Below are positions 61,101-64,000 of a stretch of DNA of 64,000 bases, piece after piece. The notes below the pieces were generated by a model that had not been told where the DNA came from, ran no database searches, and saw only the letters and a program-made list of their open reading frames with translations. The DNA is from Tubiluchus corallicola (taxonomy: Eukaryota > Animalia > Priapulida), in assembly GCA_030141605.1 (NCBI GenBank), contig JAQGDQ010000005.1, forward strand, positions 1,736,180 through 1,800,179, read 5' to 3'. Position numbers and translations under genes: made by a program. Within the stretch, counting starts at the first letter, position 1. Each line of letters begins with the position of its first letter.

Positions 61101-62838
61101 AGCCTCTTATTGAATGTTTGTTGATTTGTAAAGAAGATGGCTTAGCATTTCCTGGGGTATGTGTTGCTATGATGTAAGGCTAATTTCACCCTTGGTTTGT
61201 ACTTAGGAACTAAACTGGCATATATCAGTGCATTATTTCAGTAACTTAAGCTTGTTAATATCATTGGGTGTCGCAGGTTTTGGTCTTAGGGAAATTTCAT
61301 TGTCATTAACATACTTATTTTCAGAATTTCTAGATATTAGCAGCTTTTGGTTTTTGTTAAATCATTGTAAGTAGAACATATATTTGGATTGTGTCACTGC
61401 GGTAGTGAAATTTGCTGAAAAGTCACATCAGCGCACTCAGTTTAGTATTGATATTAAGATGCAGTGTATTTTAATTAAGGTCTGCATTTGCTTAAAAGTA
61501 CTTGTTATTGCATTAATTTATAGGTTTTCTGTTAGTTTAATAATTGTTTCCTAGGGTTTTGTGCACTATGCTGAATCAAGATTTTCAGTGATAAGTCGTA
61601 ACTTATACAGTAAAGTTCTAGTGCAGCCAGTGCCAGAAAAACTTCCAACTACTGAACAAGAAATGACAGCAGTAAGTAAATTTTTTTCTATACAGCAGAG
61701 CCAACAAAATGTTTGTTTAATGTTTAACAACTGTTTGGAACTGTATTCATTTTCTAAATGATTATCGAAGCTATTTTTTGTACGTAGTTAATTTTTCTGC
61801 AATTTGAAATAATTGTAACATATGTAACCCTGACATTATTATGTAACAATATACATGTTTAGCTATTATTCTCTATAAAAATTGCATGTTTGTGATTAGC
61901 ATTGTTCTAGTATAAATTGTGTCCGCTGAGCATTTTTAATCTACTATGAGTTGAAAAAGTCCACAGAAATTTCCGGTAAATGTGCTAAGAATACAGACTT
62001 ACCCCTTTCATTTGGACTGTTTTCAGCTATTTGGTAAATATGCTGACTCACTTAATGAGCTTATTGTACAACACATCTACACTGGATACCTGGATGATCC
62101 ACGTAATACAGACAATGCGTGGATAGAGGGAGAAACATGGTTGTTTCATTACAAACATGGAAAGAGCCTTGATATCAAAATACCAAAGGTAAGAACACAA
62201 ATTTATTGAGAAAAACGAAATTATCAAAACGAAAGTGGAGTGCAAAATTGACATTTTATGGCCTAAAAATTTGCTGGGGCTTGTGGGTATGTTTTGTTTT
62301 TGTGCATACGTACACGTGTTGTGCGTGACTACATACATGCAAAGACATTAATTTCTAAATTATTAAACTGGACAGAGGTGGTCCTAGTAAGTGAAACTTT
62401 TATTTTAATAAAAATGAGGCAGCTTGAAAGTTGATTTTGTTTTAGCAGAATGTGGTAACATTCTTGTAGCACTTAAACTTGCGCAGTGTTTCTTGAATAA
62501 AATGTTCAAAAATTCAATTTCCGAGATGCATTTTCAGTTCCTGAGTTATATTTGAAGCTTTCTGGTTTTCAGCATCCAGTACTTAGGCCCAGTTAATTTC
62601 TATTAACAGATTTGATGTAATGGATAAGGCGATGAAGCCCAGACATACTGTGGCTTGATGTTTAATTCCAATGAATTTGTTTGCAAATATGTTGAAGTTA
62701 CATAATTCCATTTAGTTGAATTAACTTTTATAGACTAATAAGACAGATTGGAAACAAGTGAAGTCAGAAATGAGAATGCCATCATACCAAGCGTCCATAC
62801 TACAGGAAGTGTCGTCTATGCTGGATTCTGTTGAATGA
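28106..62838 (+). CDS. TRPM-related cation channel with SLOG/MHR, 6TM, TRP box, coiled coil and C-terminal NUDT9-homology domain (ced-11/TRPS-like), 35 coding exons, ~1574 aa
   Basis: Phase-compatible exons: 28106-28183, 28523-28702 ([12 protein letters not shown]), 29155-29286 ([19 protein letters not shown]), 29455-29592, 30045-30156 ([13 protein letters not shown]), 31534-31632, 36159-36390 ([16 protein letters not shown]), 36886-37033, 37309-37402, 38174-38301 (LTLDWN), 38985-39176, 39363-39509, 39744-39922 ([10 protein letters not shown]), 40393-40544, 41180-41280 (AHPCCQ), 41589-41718, 42270-42496 (APVTKFW), 42850-42993, 43583-43711, 44038-44142 (LGPML), 44352-44529, 45113-45172, 45548-45656 (S6), 46153-46348 (IWKYQRY..PPPL), 47522-47664, 48197-48336 (coiled coil), 55556-55674 ([15 protein letters not shown]), 57008-57102, 57191-57311, 57840-57973, 59217-59303 ([17 protein letters not shown]), 61045-61156, 61555-61671, 62027-62188 ([15 protein letters not shown]), 62734-62838 (TGA). 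Confidence 0.9.
28201..28346. repeat. Short local duplication with (GAT)n and (CCCTA)n expansions
   Basis: gatgacaatgatgRtgccaccctccc...tacttgcata occurs twice, at ~28206-28242 and ~28297-28347. Confidence 0.7.
30230..30822. mobile_element. Tc1/mariner (pogo/Tigger-like) MITE
   Basis: TA|cagtaagtcctc ... gagaacttactg|TA gives TIRs with a TA target duplication; 593 bp, no ORF. Confidence 0.8.
31903..32147 (-). repeat. 3' LTR
   Basis: Identical by eye to 35877-36121; adjacent to PPT (minus strand atggggggtgaga, 32148-32160). Confidence 0.95.
32189..32410 (-). pseudogene. RNase H C-terminal remnant of the retrotransposon pol
   Basis: [54 protein letters not shown], the Gypsy RNase H end motifs TDH and N..AD.LSR. 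Confidence 0.9.
32373..34835 (-). CDS. Gag-protease-truncated integrase polyprotein (820 aa)
   Basis: Capsid/SCAN-like region ([20 protein letters not shown]), two CCHC knuckles ([28 protein letters not shown]), aspartic protease LRDTGA, integrase HHCC ([13 protein letters not shown]) and core start ([17 protein letters not shown]); broken at TQFG. Confidence 0.93.
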   Translation of the reverse strand: MATFDPEMFWKGGLVTLPRLDKLTKDNLLALADYLNIELPTSAGKAKIIEILGNPEILKTARPREGEKSVISKSPHIPVHTPTRTDRNELELAKIALERERMELEKLRLEYQDKERQRDREYNVKMKELELLTASTNLGAQQANNQTFDVIKNIRLVPKFSETDVETFFLTFEKIANNLKWPKAHWPVLLQSSFTGKAQEIYSSLPSTQSSNYEQLKSAVLKAYELVPEAYRQRFRNSRKGSNQTYVEFARNKEVMLDRWCRSLNVGESYEKLRQMVLLEDFKSSIPMQIKTHLENQKVDSLQKASVMADDYELANKTNFKSVQCTYCNKKGHVKTDCFKFLEKEKTAHSETVSSKGGRHQDNKDASGGGYARDGPTCAYCRKKGHLKSECRILLRQKQRAGSPVAFAHNSSKEDTYNSFLSSGEVSPVSSVDTIKPVTILRDTGAAQSLLLQGVIPLDETSYPNASALIQGIEGGYIDVPLHRINLNSDYVKGPVTVGIVSHIPVDGVSLLLGNDVAGDEVITATPIVTPEPKMDAETEILEEMHPGIFPACVVTRSQAQTNEDSSSEQVDDKDSSPPSTFPRENQSGSTALSHTFAEQMDKNSPTLSLKQEELIKAQTNDPSLNKLFSLVMSQEEIDNVSEGYYMQSKVLMRKWRPPDAPADEDWRVHHQIVVPQRYRKELMKIAHELPLAGHAGVKKTQDKILQHFFWPKLRKDVSQFCKTCHVCQMVGKPNQKIPIAPLNPLPIFEEPSSRTLIDCVGPLPKTKSGYQYLLTIMDLTTRFPEAIPLKEMTTAAVVDALLKFFTQFGYATFRDLCYL
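35856..35873 (-). promoter_or_regulatory. Primer-binding site complementary to tRNA-Pro
   Basis: Minus strand reads TGGGGGCTCGTCCGGGAT 3 nt inside the 5' LTR, the same 18-mer as the MLV tRNA-Pro PBS. Confidence 0.93.
35877..36121 (-). repeat. 5' LTR
   Basis: Identical to 31903-32147; TG...CA termini. Confidence 0.95.
39190..39290. repeat. AT-rich low-complexity (TA)n region
   Basis: Repeated tattatatatatttggtaata and (TA)n. Confidence 0.7.
39931..40162. repeat. Tandem duplication, 2 x 116 bp, intronic
   Basis: gtattttcattcttgatcat...gaaaaagtagat at 39931-40046 and 40047-40162 with a few substitutions. Confidence 0.9.
42995..43453. mobile_element. hAT-like MITE with ggatcc/ccggat subterminal motifs
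   Basis: Starts taggggtgcaccggatcc and ends ccggatatcgggatccggatcttgattgtacattcta (degenerate TIR); no clean TSD. Confidence 0.55.
46530..47468. mobile_element. Possible decayed pogo-like MITE
   Basis: TA|cagtaaaccct.. versus ..gaggttttacaa|TA; weak TIR similarity only. Confidence 0.35.
47700..48010. repeat. Degenerate (TTCA)n/(TTTA)n microsatellite
   Basis: Repeated attcattc / tttattt units. Confidence 0.7.
51311..54180 (+). CDS. Nested secreted protein: signal peptide, C-type lectin-like domain, ~49 STQQ(E/D)(V/M)A heptad repeats, Cys-containing C-terminal domain (~752 aa, 2 coding exons)
   Basis: Exon 1 51311-51340 ([10 protein letters not shown]|gtaagt) joins in phase 0 to exon 2 51952-54180 (ttttcag|[11 protein letters not shown]), giving a hydrophobic signal peptide. 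CTLD motifs RCFY, LAVI, FWLGL, EPNKC and W..EMC are present. Exon 2 is a 2.2-kb uninterrupted ORF. Confidence 0.85.
52590..53632 (+). repeat. Coding 21-bp minisatellite (tcaactcaacaagaagtagca consensus)
   Basis: About 49 tandem units, frame preserved throughout. Confidence 0.95.
58240..58385. repeat. Degenerate short tandem repeats (tttcccagaaaa-like), probably a transposon subterminal array
   Basis: Recurring ttccc/ttctc-agaaaa units seen directly; the origin is inferred. Confidence 0.45.
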
Positions 62839-64000
62839 GTAATGAAGAATGAGTTGACAATCAATCATGTGTGAGGTTAAACCGAGTGATTTGGGTTTTA
62901 CGTTGATTTTTATAATACGTTTTATTTATTTGAATTTGCAATAGTTCTATTTCTTTGCAGAACCGTGATTTAAGTTTGATTTAAAAATGCGATCTCTAAA
63001 ATGGATAAACAATGTTATTATAGCTCAGCAATTATCCCTACTGCTGATACCTACCTAATTTCATGATCGTTATTTCTCTAGTCAATTAACAAAAAAATAA
63101 ACAAAAACGTTGATATGATTATATGCAACGTCCTCATTACAGAATGTGAATGAAATTTTTCTAGATGGTTTAGGAATTACCTGGATAGATCTTTAGTTTT
63201 TTAATATGTTTAGACTTTTAACTCTGTTTTGTATACATATTATGGAGTTTGTGATTGTTCTATGTAAGTTCACTCTTCTTAAATACCTTCAAATTTTTAT
63301 GTGATGTTTTTATAACATTAAAGATCATGTTTATTTAACTCGGCAAAAATATATAAAATATTAATTTTGAGAATCATCCAGTGAAGTTTTTGCATGGTGC
63401 TTGCAATTGAAGAGTTAATGATCTGTCATAACTTTAGTAACTTATAAGATAATGATCTGATTTTGAGGCTTTATTGTATTGTGTCTTTTGTCTTCACTAC
63501 TTTTTTAAAGTGTTTAAAACAAGTGTTGGACTTATAGGTATATACACTACATTTTTCACTATATTTTATGATAATTCTTTTTTCTCAACTACATGTCATT
63601 GATAGCTAGAAGCCATATTTGGAAGCCGTTTCTCGGCATACCGTATGGGAATATCATGGTGATATACAATTTTTAAGTGCTTTTTCCTATACTTTGTACT
63701 TGCATGTAGTGACTTAGTTCAGTACTTTTGCACATGGACTTCTAAGAAATACATACATGTGTACAAATGAACTGCAGATACTATATTTCCAATATGTATG
63801 ACAATTATTATATTCTCAGGTAGATTAAACATAGTACATAATATGAAACATTTAAATCTGATAGTCAAAAGTGAGTAGTTCATTAAGCAACTTTTTTCCT
63901 TCCACTATTGCTAAAATTTTGTACCTAATACCGATGTTTTAAGGTGTGCACATGATAATACACACTTCACGCGTCATATAAAAACCCATTGACTGTGTGA

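Noticed and set aside
55556-62838. Stand-alone NUDT9 gene
   Set aside because: The first exon begins at an acceptor in phase with TRP exon 48197-48336, and the TRP frame has no spliced terminal exon otherwise.
500-64000. Most 60-120 aa ORFs in the ORF track
   Set aside because: AT-rich intronic or antisense shadows of real exons and transposons; no motifs, many with non-ATG starts.

Overview
AT-rich, intron-rich animal (invertebrate-like) genomic DNA; no rRNA, tRNA or CRISPR found. From left to right it contains: (1) the last coding exon of a type IV collagen alpha2-like chain (+); (2) a convergent 17-exon very-long-chain acyl-CoA dehydrogenase gene (ACADVL, -) with one GC-AG intron and a decayed Zator-like DNA transposon in an intron; (3) an ~11 kb intergenic stretch of nested and decayed LINEs with a 120-bp inverted repeat; (4) a complete 35-exon, ~1574-aa TRPM-related channel gene (+; SLOG/MHR, 6TM, TRP box, coiled coil, NUDT9-homology), most like ced-11/TRPS, with a degenerate Nudix box. 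Intron 6 of the channel carries a young, internally deleted Gmr1-type LTR retrotransposon with identical LTRs and a tRNA-Pro PBS. The intron between the coiled coil and the NUDT9H domain carries a same-strand nested gene for a secreted C-type-lectin/heptad-repeat protein. Gene models were assembled by hand from GT/AG sites, phase compatibility and remembered family motifs; no database search was run.
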